A DNA stretch of 64,000 bases, taken from the NCBI GenBank assembly GCA_036229005.1, contig JAZAMN010000024.1, positions 192,001 to 256,000 on the forward strand, in the 5' to 3' direction. The position numbers were made by a program, and so were the translations under genes. This DNA comes from Myxococcota bacterium (GTDB lineage Bacteria > Myxococcota_A > UBA796 > CAJQPC01). Below the pieces are notes generated by a model. That model was not told where the DNA came from, made no database searches, and saw nothing but the letters and a program-made list of their open reading frames with translations. Below, piece by piece: positions 54,167 to 63,255 of this stretch (positions are counted from its first letter, which is position 1; every line of letters begins with the position of its first letter).

Positions 54167-56451
54167 GGACTCTCCTGGGAGCGCCCGACCCAGATCTGGA
54201 TCTGGTCGAGCTCGGCGCCGGACTGGCGCAGGGTGATGGTGTGCGGGCCGGCGCTGGGGATCCACCGGGTGGACCGATGGGGCTCGGCGCTGGCCAGCAG
54301 CTCCTGATCTACGTACCACTCCAGAGGCGCGGGGGCGTCCACTGCAGCGCGCAGGTGCAGGGCCTGCTGATCGAGGGGGCGGTCGGACTCCAGGTAGAAC
54401 ACGGCGTCCGGGGCCGGGCTGGTGATGCGCCCGAGGCTGGCCTGCTGGGGCGCGCTGGTGTCCACGCACGAGCGGTCCAGCGTGGGCCAGGCGTCCTGTC
54501 CGGTGGCCTGGGCCCAGCTCCGGTAGCGCGTGGGGTAGCGCAGCAGGAGGGTCGGGGAGGAAGAGGGACAGCCGGTGGCCAGGCTGCCATCCGCACCGAT
54601 CTGGGCTTGGACCCACCAATCATCAGGCTCCAACGGGATGGTCCCAGCGAGGAACAGCTCGCTGCGGACGCGGGGGCACTCGGGGCTGGGGGCCATGCCG
54701 CTGGGCAGGCAGATGGGGGCCCGGACCACGCCGGGCGGGCGCTTGAAGGCGGGGGTGTCCGGGCCGTGCAGTCGCTCGGCGATGGCGCGCATGAGGGGGG
54801 CGGCGCCGCTGACGCCGGAGATCTGGACCATGGGGCGGCCGTCGAAGTTGCCCACCCATACGGCCACGACGTAGCGGGGGCTGACCCCGACGGCCCAGTT
54901 GTCCCGCCACCCCACGGAGGTGCCGGTCTTGGTGGCCCAGGGGAACTCGGGCTCCAAGGCGGAGTCTGCGCCGAAGGCGGGCGCGCGGGCGTCCGGGTCG
55001 TCCAGGGCGTGCTGCACGAGGAACCAGGAGGCGGGGGTGCCGATCTGCTGGGGGGCCGGCTGCTCGGTGGGCTGGAGCTGCAGAGGCTTGTGGACGCCCT
55101 GGCGCCCCAGGGTGGCGTAGGCCGCGGCGAGCTCGCTCAGGGTGACCTCGCCGGCGCCGAGGACCAGTCCCAGTCCGTAGTGGGCCGCGCGTTTGTCGAG
55201 GTGAGCCATGCCGAGCGCCTGCAGGCGCGTGTGGAAGCTGGCCAGCCCCACCTCCTCCAGCAGCCGGACCGCGGGGAGGTTCCGGGAGGTCGCGAGGGCG
55301 ACGCGGGCGCGCAGAGGGCCCAGGTCCCGCTCGTCGTAGTTTCGGGGCTGCCAGCTCCCGTGGCTGTTGCTCCAGGTGCCGGGGGCGTCGTCCAGCAGGG
55401 TGGCCAGGGTGATGTCCTGGCGCTGGAGGGCCTGCTGGTACAGGAAGGGCTTGAGGGTGGACCCGGGGCTGCGGGGCGCGTTGGCGCCGTCGACCTGTCC
55501 GTCTGGGCTGTCCCAGCCCGCCGAGCCGACGTAGGCCAGGACCTGGGAGCTCTGGGTGTCCAGGACGATCGCGGCGGCCTGGTCGACCTGTCGCCCCTGG
55601 AGGCTGGACAGGTGCTCGCTCAGCAGCTCCTCCACCAGGAGCTGGATGCCCAGATCCAGGGTGGTGGGGTTGTCCCCGGGCTGGAGGGAGAGGCGCTGGA
55701 CAAAGTGGGGGGCGTGGGCCGCCGGTGGGCCCGTCTGCAGGCGCAGGGGCTCGGCCAGGGCTGCCTGGTGCTCGACTGGGGAGAGGAAGCCCAGGGTGAG
55801 CATACGGTCCAGGACGCGGTCGCGCCGGGCCAGGGCTGCCTTTGGAGCGCGGAAGGGATCCAGCTCCGACGGGCGCTGGACCAGACCGGCGAGCATCGCG
55901 GCCTGCGCCACCGAGAGGCGGCTGGGGGCGCTGTCGAAGTACACCCGGGACGCGGCGTCCACGCCCCAGGCCTGGTGACCGAAGTAGACGCGGTTGGCGT
56001 ACTCCACCAGGAGCTGGTCGCCGAGCTGGGCGTTCAGGCGCAGGGCCCACGCGGCCTCCCAGAGCTTGCCGCGCAGGCCGGGGGGCCGGGGCCAGAGGTT
56101 CCGGGCGAGCTGCATGGCCAGGGTGCTGCCGCCCTGCACCCGATCTCCCGCCCGCTGGTTGGCCCGGGCGGCCCGCAGCACGGCGATCGGGTCCACGCCG
56201 GGGTGCTTCCCGTAGCGGTGGTCCTCGGCCGCGAGCAGGGCCAGGCGGAGCGGCTCGGGCAATCGCTCGATCGGCGCGCCGACGACCCCCTGGCCGGTGC
56301 CGGGCTCCGCGATGACCACGCCGTGGCGGTCCAGCACCACGGGGCGCTGGGGTGGGTCCGGGAGCGCCACGGGCAGCGCGCACCACCCCACCACCAGGAG
56401 CAGGAGGCCGCCCACTGCGGCCCCCCCACGTCTCAGCCAGGGAGCGCACAC
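54163..56451 (-). CDS. pbpC: Penicillin-binding protein 1C
   Basis: EDHRY..HPGVDP, GGSTLAMQLAR, PGSTLKPF, SRN, KTGTS.GWRDNW, C-terminal biotin/Ig-like domain; adjacent to A2M. Confidence 0.93.
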   Translation of the reverse strand: MCAPWLRRGGAAVGGLLLLVVGWCALPVALPDPPQRPVVLDRHGVVIAEPGTGQGVVGAPIERLPEPLRLALLAAEDHRYGKHPGVDPIAVLRAARANQRAGDRVQGGSTLAMQLARNLWPRPPGLRGKLWEAAWALRLNAQLGDQLLVEYANRVYFGHQAWGVDAASRVYFDSAPSRLSVAQAAMLAGLVQRPSELDPFRAPKAALARRDRVLDRMLTLGFLSPVEHQAALAEPLRLQTGPPAAHAPHFVQRLSLQPGDNPTTLDLGIQLLVEELLSEHLSSLQGRQVDQAAAIVLDTQSSQVLAYVGSAGWDSPDGQVDGANAPRSPGSTLKPFLYQQALQRQDITLATLLDDAPGTWSNSHGSWQPRNYDERDLGPLRARVALATSRNLPAVRLLEEVGLASFHTRLQALGMAHLDKRAAHYGLGLVLGAGEVTLSELAAAYATLGRQGVHKPLQLQPTEQPAPQQIGTPASWFLVQHALDDPDARAPAFGADSALEPEFPWATKTGTSVGWRDNWAVGVSPRYVVAVWVGNFDGRPMVQISGVSGAAPLMRAIAERLHGPDTPAFKRPPGVVRAPICLPSGMAPSPECPRVRSELFLAGTIPLEPDDWWVQAQIGADGSLATGCPSSSPTLLLRYPTRYRSWAQATGQDAWPTLDRSCVDTSAPQQASLGRITSPAPDAVFYLESDRPLDQQALHLRAAVDAPAPLEWYVDQELLASAEPHRSTRWIPSAGPHTITLRQSGAELDQIQIWVGRSQESP

Positions 56452-56452
56452 C

Positions 56453-59400
56453 TCAGCGGGTGGCCACAGCAGGGGTGCCGACCACGAACTGGTCGCTGCC
56501 GGTGCGGCCGAAGACTTCGGGGGCGTACATCTGCTCGACCGTGGCGGCCGGGTGGCTGTAGGTCCCTGGGGTCGTGGCGCGGGCCATGTAGGTGTAGGTG
56601 TGCACGCCGGCGGGCATCCAGTCCGCGTAGAGCATCACGCCCTGGTCGCGCAGCTCCCGGTGGTTGAAGACCCAGTCCGACCAGGTGCGCTCCGCCGCGG
56701 GGCCGGTGTCCCACATGCTCCAGGAGTCCTGACCGCCCGCGTCCATCGCGCTGGCGGTGGTGGCGAAGGCCGTGTTGACGGGCTCCAGGCCAGCGGGGAG
56801 GGGGTCCACCACGGCCACGAAGCTGCGCTCGACCGGGGTGCTGATGGTCAGGGTGACCTGCACCAGGCTGCCGGGGGTGACGGCGCCGGTGCTGCCGCTG
56901 CCCTCCAGCACCACCATCTGGCGGCGCAGGGTGAAGCCCTCGTCCCGGGGAGGGGCCTGCTCCAGGCCGTAGCTCAGGCGGGCCTCCCAATAGACCATCC
57001 CCTGGGGCTCGATGATCAGGTCTCCGGAGCTCAGGCTCTCCAGGGGGAGCTCCAGGACCTGGGGCTGGGCGCTCTGGAACTCGAACTCGGCCAGGCTCTG
57101 CTTGTCCAGCGCGATGCGGACCGAGCGGGCCAGGCCTTCATGCTCGGCGTAGGCGGCGTAGTCCGCGAGCGCCTGGAGGCTGAGCAGGGTGGTGTAGGTG
57201 TTGCCCCAGCGCGCGAGGCGGCGTCCCCCCACGAGCCCCTGGACGAGGCGGGGGAGCAGGGGGTTCTCGGGGTCGGCCACCAGCAGGGCGCGGACCAGGG
57301 CGGCGGTGGGGGCGGCGTCTCCCTCCCACAGGGCGAGGGCGCGGCTGCCCGGGTCAGAGGCCACGGTCGCGCTGGCCGCCTGGATGTCCAGGTGGCCCTG
57401 CAGCTCGGTGACCAGGCGCAGGGTGCGGGGGTCCGCGCCGGTGGTGCGCGCGATGGACTCCGCGAGGCCCGCCCGGGCGCTGAGGCTGAGCTGCTGGCGC
57501 TCGGCGAACAGCGCGCTGTTCACGCCGGGGTCCCCGTGGCCGATGCGGGCCAGGGTCAAGGCCACGCGGGCGTGGGCGTCCCGCTTGGTCTGCTCGGACC
57601 ACCAGTAGGGGGTGTAGGCCCCGTCCAGGAAGTCCCGCAGGAAGGCCACGGCCTCCGCGTCGACCTCCTGTCCGGCGCGGTGCTGCGCTTCCAGGGCGTG
57701 GGCAGTGGCCAGGGCGCTGGGCTCGGAGGCCCCCGGCCACATGGTGTAGCCGCCGCTGGGGTGGCGGAAGCGGCCCAGGCGGGAGAGCTCGCCCTCCCGG
57801 ATCTCCTGGATCTGTGCGCTGTCCCAGGCCAGCTCGAGCTGGGGATCCAGCTCCTGCGCCAGCACGGAGGCCATGAGTCGGGTGGAGGTCTGCTCCAGGC
57901 AGTGGTGGGGGTAGTCCAGCAGGTAGTCCAGTGAGTCCTCGCTCCCGACCAGCGCGGTGGGGGAGGCCTTGATGCTGAGGCCGCCGACGCCGGGCTGCAC
58001 GCCCTCGGGCAGGGCGAAGGGCTGGACCTGCCGCTCGCTGCTCGCGCCGGCGGTGGCCATGGTCTCCACGGGTCGGGGCCGGGCGACGGGCAGGCTCACC
58101 CGCACTGCGTCCTGGTCGTCGCCGGCCGAGACGGAGAACTCCAGGCTGGCGTCGCCGAGCTGGGCCTGGTCCAGGCCGAAGGGGACCTCCAGCGAGCCGT
58201 GGGCGGGCACGGTGACGGTCTTGGGGCTGCCCTGCAGCTCAAGGCCGGTCGCCGAGGCGTTCACCACGACCTCGCGGTCCTGGTCACGGTTGTTGTGGAC
58301 CACCACGCCGGCGATCGCGGCGTCGCCGCTGCGCAGGAAGCGGGGGAGCGCGGGGTTGGCCAGCAGGGGCCGGCTGACCTGGAGCTCCTGCTCGGCGCTG
58401 CCGAAGTGCTCGGCCCCGGAGTCCACCACGGCCATGACGCGGAAGGTGGTCAGGTTGTCGGGCAGGGTGAAGCTGTGCACCAGCGTGCCGTCCGCGCCGG
58501 TCTCCAGCTCGGCCTCCCACAGGGGAGTGGTCTGGAAGCGTGAGCGCAGTGCGGCGCTGCCGCCGTCTCCACCGGCCGGCGCGCCCTTGGCCAGCAGCGC
58601 CCCGCGGTCCAGCACCCGGGTGCGGGTGTCCGCGGTGAGCACGTGGAGCTGGCGGGGGCCCCAGAACTCCCGGAAGGGGGCCGGGGTCTGGTAGTCCGTG
58701 AGGCTGAGCACGCCGTGGTCGACGGCGTACAGCACGACGCGTGCTTGGGCGGCTGGCGCCTCGCCCGCCTGGGCCTTGAGCGTGACGGTCACCTGCTCGC
58801 CGGGCTGGTAGGTCTGCTTGTCCGTGCCCAGGTCCACGCTGAGCTCGCGGTCGGCGGCGCTCACGGCCAGCTCGGTGTAGCCCAGGTAGTGCGCGGGCAT
58901 GCCGGCGTCCGGGCTGTCGGAGGGGGGCGCCCCCTCGGTCAGGACCACGGACACGAAGAGGTTGGGCGCGTGCTCGGCGGTGATGGGCACGCTCAGGGTC
59001 TCGGCCTGCGTGGCCAGCTTGACCACGCGCTGCTCCAGCACCCCCTCGCGCTCCAGGGTGACCCAGGCCATCAGCCCCTCCTTGGGGGCCTTGACCAGGA
59101 TCTGGGCGGTCTCGCCGGGCTCGTAGGTGCGCTTGTCGGGGACCAGCTCGACCTGGTCGTCGTCGCCGCGGGCCCAGGACGCGCCCGGACCAGCCACGTA
59201 CATGCCCAGCTCGCTGGCGGTGGCCCGGCCCTGCGCGTCCTTCGCGCTGGCCTTGACCACGTAGTAGCCACCCTGGGGCGGCACGAAGCTCACGCGCTCG
59301 GCCTGCTTGCCGCTCTTGGCGGTCAGGCTCTCCACCGGGGTGTCCACCGGGTTGGAGGTCCAGGTCCAGCGCCCATCCATGCCCTTCTCGCGGACCACAT

Positions 59401-62044
59401 CCCAGGTGCGGCGGACCACCTGCAGCTCCACGGGGACGCCCGCCTGGGGAGCGCCCGCGGGATCCACCGCGACGAGATCGACGCTGGCGCTCTCTTGGGC
59501 CTTGGCCACCCCTGTGGTGGCCCGGAGGCCCAGGTAGAAGGCGGCCGGGTGCACCCGGACGTGGGCGCGGTTGGCGACCCGCTGGCGCGCGGGATCCTGC
59601 ACCTGCACCTCGATCTCCACCTGCTGGGGCCGGCTGCTCTCGCCAGCGGCGGGGAGCTCCAGCGAGATGTCCAGCTTCCCCTTTGCGTCCAGGGTGTCCT
59701 CGCCTGAGGCCAGCTCCTGCACAGGTTGGTGCTCATACTCCCACCAGGCGGCGGACTCGTCGCCGCCGAAGCGGTAGGCCTCCCAGCCGGGGATCTCCGG
59801 GGTCACCTCAACAGAGCGCACGGTCCAGGTGGCCTGCTGACCGCCCATGGCTGCGCCGAAGAGGTAGTTGCCGCTGCCCGTGGCCTGCAGGGTCTGCCCC
59901 ATGACCAGGTCCTCCGGGGCGCTGACCTGCACGCGGAAGCTGGGGGCCCGGTACTCCTGGGTCTGGACGGGCAGCCAGGTCACGGCCTTCTGGCCCTCGG
60001 CGCTCACCCGGAGCTCGCAGCTTCCGGTGCCGGTGGGCATGTCCGCGGGCAGCGCGAGGTCGAAGGCCACGCCTCCGTGTGCGTCCAGGGAGACCGTCTC
60101 CTTCTTGAGCTCGGCGCCGCGGGGGTCCTCGCAGAGGATCTCCATGCTGCCCTGGGGCAGGGCCATGCCGGTCGCGATGGTGCTGCGCGCCTTGCCCGCG
60201 ACGTGCACGGTGTCGCCGGGCTTGTAGACGCCCCGGTCGGAGAACGCGGACACCCGCAGGTGCCCGGGCTGGGTCAGCTCGCCCCGGTAGATGTCGAAGT
60301 CCCAGGTGCCCCGATGGTGCGGGTCATCCGAGCTGGTGACCAGCTTGTCTCCGTCCTTCTCCACGACCAGGAACACCGGCTCCTTCCAGGACTCCCAGCC
60401 CTCAGGCAGCAGATCCGGGCTGCTGGCCACCCCGTCCGCGTCGGTCACGCCCTCCCAGCGCAGCACGCCGCCGCGGTAGGCCCGCACCTGCGCGCCCTCC
60501 ACCGGCTGACCGTCCGAGAGGCGGGTCACCCACGCCTTGACCCCGTCGTGCCCCAGCTTGAGGGTGGTGCCCAGGTCCGAGACCTGCAGCAGGGCCTTGT
60601 GGTAGCGCTGCTCTCCGCGCCAGTTGGTGTCCTGTGGGCTCCAGGTCTCCACGAACACAAAGCCCCGCGCGTCGCGCAGGTAGGGGGCCAGATCCACCTG
60701 GTCCACGTGGATCCGGTCGTCCAGCTCCCGCTGGGTCACCAGAGGCAGCGGCGCCGTGTCGAAGCTGCGCCCGCTGGAGCTGAAGGCCTCCCACTCGTCC
60801 AGGTTGTTGATCACCCAGGCGCTGTCCACCGGGGTCACCGCCACGTAGAGCTGCTCGGCGTTCCGGGTGCGCACCGGCAGCGTGCTGGGGTTGGTGGCCG
60901 GGTAGAGCTGCTTGCCGCTGGCGGCGTCCACCAGGGTGTCGTGGTGCCCCGTGGTGAAGGTCCAGGACAGCGCCTTGTCGTAGGTCTGGCCGTAGCTGTC
61001 GGTGGCCCCGGGCTCCAGGGTCACCGTGTACGTGGTCATGGGCTCCAGCCGCACGCCGTGGGACCAGCCGCGCCACTCGAAGTCCTCGGCCGGCTCGAAG
61101 GGCTCGGGGGGCGCCGGCTCGATGCGGATGCGCCCGTTGAGCTGCTCGGCCGGGGTGCGCGTGGCCAGCTCCAGGCGGATGCGGGTGTAGGGATCCACCT
61201 GGTCCCCGGTGGGGAAGAACTCCTGGACCTGCGGGGGCGGCACCGTCGCGAAGTCGATCAGCCGCTGGGTGTCGCTCCCGCGGCTGCCCTGGGTCCCCCG
61301 GATCCCCGCGTCCAGCACCAGCCGGTAGTCGGTGTCCAGCGCGAGCTCGGAGCGCAGGACCACCACGCGCTCCCGATCCTTGGGGAGTCGGATCGCGTCG
61401 AACTCCGGGTCCAGGCTGCCCAGGCTGAGCGCCCCATGGCCCGGCAGGCTGGCCCGCTCCAGCACCGACTGCGGGTCCACCGGCTGGTTGAACACGAGCA
61501 CGATGTCCTCGCTGGGGTCGGCGCTGTCGGAGCCGTCCGAGGGCCAGGATCTCAAGAGGGTGGGCCGCTGGGTGGAGAAGCCGAACACCAGCTCCTTCTC
61601 CAGGGCAGTCCCGTCCGCGGCGGAGGTCCCCTTGGGGACGCGGCACTGGATCTCCGAGGCCATCGGGAAGCGCCCCGGCTCCGGCGTGAACACCGCCGTC
61701 TGCGTACCGGCCCAGCGCCCCGTGCCGGCCATCTCGCCGCAGCTCAAGGGCACTGGATCCTGGTCCAGGCGGGCCAGGGGGACCATGGGGCGATCAAAGA
61801 CCACCACGGCCTGACGCGGCTGCTCCTGCTCCCCCAAGGGGCCGACCATCAGCACCTGCAGGCCATCCCCCAGGTCCTGGTCCCAAGCCGCCAGATCCCC
61901 GGGGCCCACCGGGGCGATCTCCGGGAGCTGCGCCGCGCTCCCGACCGGCAGCACCGTGGCCTGGGACTGGGTCGCCGGATGGTCGGGCAGCTCGGGATCT
62001 TGTGCGCTGGGCTTACAGGCCAGCAGGAGCAGTGCGGTCAGCAT
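56453..62044 (-). CDS. Bacterial alpha-2-macroglobulin family lipoprotein
   Basis: MLTALLLLAC; Ig-like repeats, DRGVYKPGD, PDK.TYEPGE, AVDHGVL, LPDNLTTFR, LPRFLR.GD, thioester YPHHCLEQ, DPLPAGLE, EQMY.PEVFGR. Confidence 0.93.
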   Translation of the reverse strand: MLTALLLLACKPSAQDPELPDHPATQSQATVLPVGSAAQLPEIAPVGPGDLAAWDQDLGDGLQVLMVGPLGEQEQPRQAVVVFDRPMVPLARLDQDPVPLSCGEMAGTGRWAGTQTAVFTPEPGRFPMASEIQCRVPKGTSAADGTALEKELVFGFSTQRPTLLRSWPSDGSDSADPSEDIVLVFNQPVDPQSVLERASLPGHGALSLGSLDPEFDAIRLPKDRERVVVLRSELALDTDYRLVLDAGIRGTQGSRGSDTQRLIDFATVPPPQVQEFFPTGDQVDPYTRIRLELATRTPAEQLNGRIRIEPAPPEPFEPAEDFEWRGWSHGVRLEPMTTYTVTLEPGATDSYGQTYDKALSWTFTTGHHDTLVDAASGKQLYPATNPSTLPVRTRNAEQLYVAVTPVDSAWVINNLDEWEAFSSSGRSFDTAPLPLVTQRELDDRIHVDQVDLAPYLRDARGFVFVETWSPQDTNWRGEQRYHKALLQVSDLGTTLKLGHDGVKAWVTRLSDGQPVEGAQVRAYRGGVLRWEGVTDADGVASSPDLLPEGWESWKEPVFLVVEKDGDKLVTSSDDPHHRGTWDFDIYRGELTQPGHLRVSAFSDRGVYKPGDTVHVAGKARSTIATGMALPQGSMEILCEDPRGAELKKETVSLDAHGGVAFDLALPADMPTGTGSCELRVSAEGQKAVTWLPVQTQEYRAPSFRVQVSAPEDLVMGQTLQATGSGNYLFGAAMGGQQATWTVRSVEVTPEIPGWEAYRFGGDESAAWWEYEHQPVQELASGEDTLDAKGKLDISLELPAAGESSRPQQVEIEVQVQDPARQRVANRAHVRVHPAAFYLGLRATTGVAKAQESASVDLVAVDPAGAPQAGVPVELQVVRRTWDVVREKGMDGRWTWTSNPVDTPVESLTAKSGKQAERVSFVPPQGGYYVVKASAKDAQGRATASELGMYVAGPGASWARGDDDQVELVPDKRTYEPGETAQILVKAPKEGLMAWVTLEREGVLEQRVVKLATQAETLSVPITAEHAPNLFVSVVLTEGAPPSDSPDAGMPAHYLGYTELAVSAADRELSVDLGTDKQTYQPGEQVTVTLKAQAGEAPAAQARVVLYAVDHGVLSLTDYQTPAPFREFWGPRQLHVLTADTRTRVLDRGALLAKGAPAGGDGGSAALRSRFQTTPLWEAELETGADGTLVHSFTLPDNLTTFRVMAVVDSGAEHFGSAEQELQVSRPLLANPALPRFLRSGDAAIAGVVVHNNRDQDREVVVNASATGLELQGSPKTVTVPAHGSLEVPFGLDQAQLGDASLEFSVSAGDDQDAVRVSLPVARPRPVETMATAGASSERQVQPFALPEGVQPGVGGLSIKASPTALVGSEDSLDYLLDYPHHCLEQTSTRLMASVLAQELDPQLELAWDSAQIQEIREGELSRLGRFRHPSGGYTMWPGASEPSALATAHALEAQHRAGQEVDAEAVAFLRDFLDGAYTPYWWSEQTKRDAHARVALTLARIGHGDPGVNSALFAERQQLSLSARAGLAESIARTTGADPRTLRLVTELQGHLDIQAASATVASDPGSRALALWEGDAAPTAALVRALLVADPENPLLPRLVQGLVGGRRLARWGNTYTTLLSLQALADYAAYAEHEGLARSVRIALDKQSLAEFEFQSAQPQVLELPLESLSSGDLIIEPQGMVYWEARLSYGLEQAPPRDEGFTLRRQMVVLEGSGSTGAVTPGSLVQVTLTISTPVERSFVAVVDPLPAGLEPVNTAFATTASAMDAGGQDSWSMWDTGPAAERTWSDWVFNHRELRDQGVMLYADWMPAGVHTYTYMARATTPGTYSHPAATVEQMYAPEVFGRTGSDQFVVGTPAVATR

Positions 62045-62131
62045 GGATCTTCCTCGTTGCTGGGAAGCTATCGCGGAGGGCGGACAGATTCTGTCCTGGG
62101 ATCGCGTGGGGGGCGGGATAGCTTTCAGTCC

Positions 62132-63238
62132 ATGGCAGAACACGCAGACATCGTCGTCCTCGGGGCCGGCCTCGCCGGGCTCCTCTGCGCCCTCGAGCTC
62201 GCCCGCGCCGGGGTGGATGTGGCCGTGGTCGACGCCCAGCCCACCCCCTGGTCCCAGGGCTCCGGCGCCAGCCTCAACTCCCTGGGCCTGGTGCAGGTCG
62301 CGACCCCCGAGCACCCCCACCGCCTCCACGCGGCCCTCGGTCAGCAGCGCACCCAGCAGTACGTGGACTTCTCGCGCGCCTCCGTTCGGCGCCTCGCCGA
62401 GAACCTCCCCATGGAGCGGGGCGGCCTGCGGGTGTTCATGGGCAAGGAGGCCCAGGAGCTCTCAGACGCCGTGGCCATCGCGCAGCACCACGGCCTCCAG
62501 GATCTCGTCCTGAGCGTCGAGCAGGCCAGCGAGCGCCTGGGCCACGCCAGCCCCGGTCCCGCCCGGTGGGTGGAGGAGGATGGACGGCTGGACCCCGCGC
62601 ACGCCCTGGCCCACCTCCATGACCTCGCGGTGGCCGCTGGCTGTCGCTTCATCTCGGGCACCGTCGAGGTCATTGATGGTGAGGGCCCTCTCTCGCTGCG
62701 GGGCCCCGGGCTCTCCCTCCAGGCGGAGATTGTGGTGCTGGCCGCCAGCCACAGCCTGCGCACCCTGGTGCACTGGTTCCACGACAAGATCTTTCCCGTG
62801 CGCCACGCCGGCCTGCTCCTGGACGCCCAGCTCGCCCCCCTCACCGGCGCGAGCGCCCAGTACGGCTACCTGAGCTGGCAGGCCGATACCCAGGGGCGTG
62901 TGCGCGTCTCCGGCGCCCGCTGGGCCACCCCCCACCTGGAGACCGGCGAGACCGACCCCACCCCTGCGCCCCAGGTCCGGGCGGCTCTTGAGCGCTTCGC
63001 CGGCCAGCTCTTCCCGGGCGCCAAGGTGCTCGGCGCCTTCGCCGGAATCGCGGGGCACTCCTGCGACAACCTCCCCATCGTCGGGCCGCTCCCCGGGGGC
63101 CGCCTGGTCGCCTGCACCGGCTTCGGGGACTCCGGCTGGTCCACCGCCGCGGAGGCCGCTCACCAGTGCGCGCTGGGGATCCTGGGCGAGCCCACCCAGA
63201 TCCCGCCCTTCCTGCAGCCGGTGCGGTTCGTGGGCTGA
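62132..63238 (+). CDS. FAD-dependent oxidoreductase (glycine/D-amino-acid oxidase family)
   Basis: DIVVLGAGLAG, GSGAS.NS.G, DNLPIVG, ACTGFG..G. Confidence 0.85.
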   Translation: MAEHADIVVLGAGLAGLLCALELARAGVDVAVVDAQPTPWSQGSGASLNSLGLVQVATPEHPHRLHAALGQQRTQQYVDFSRASVRRLAENLPMERGGLRVFMGKEAQELSDAVAIAQHHGLQDLVLSVEQASERLGHASPGPARWVEEDGRLDPAHALAHLHDLAVAAGCRFISGTVEVIDGEGPLSLRGPGLSLQAEIVVLAASHSLRTLVHWFHDKIFPVRHAGLLLDAQLAPLTGASAQYGYLSWQADTQGRVRVSGARWATPHLETGETDPTPAPQVRAALERFAGQLFPGAKVLGAFAGIAGHSCDNLPIVGPLPGGRLVACTGFGDSGWSTAAEAAHQCALGILGEPTQIPPFLQPVRFVG

Positions 63239-63255
63239 GCTCGGGAGGGGGGCCG

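Noticed and set aside
59726..62131. Apparent 1170-aa FAD oxidoreductase and 1958-aa A2M with long N-terminal extensions
   Set aside because: The extensions are antisense to the neighbouring gene; the real starts at 62132 and 62044 have -10/SD support.
62132..63238. ThiO partner for thiG
   Set aside because: It is 55 kb from thiG and shows only generic DAO-family motifs, so it cannot be assigned.
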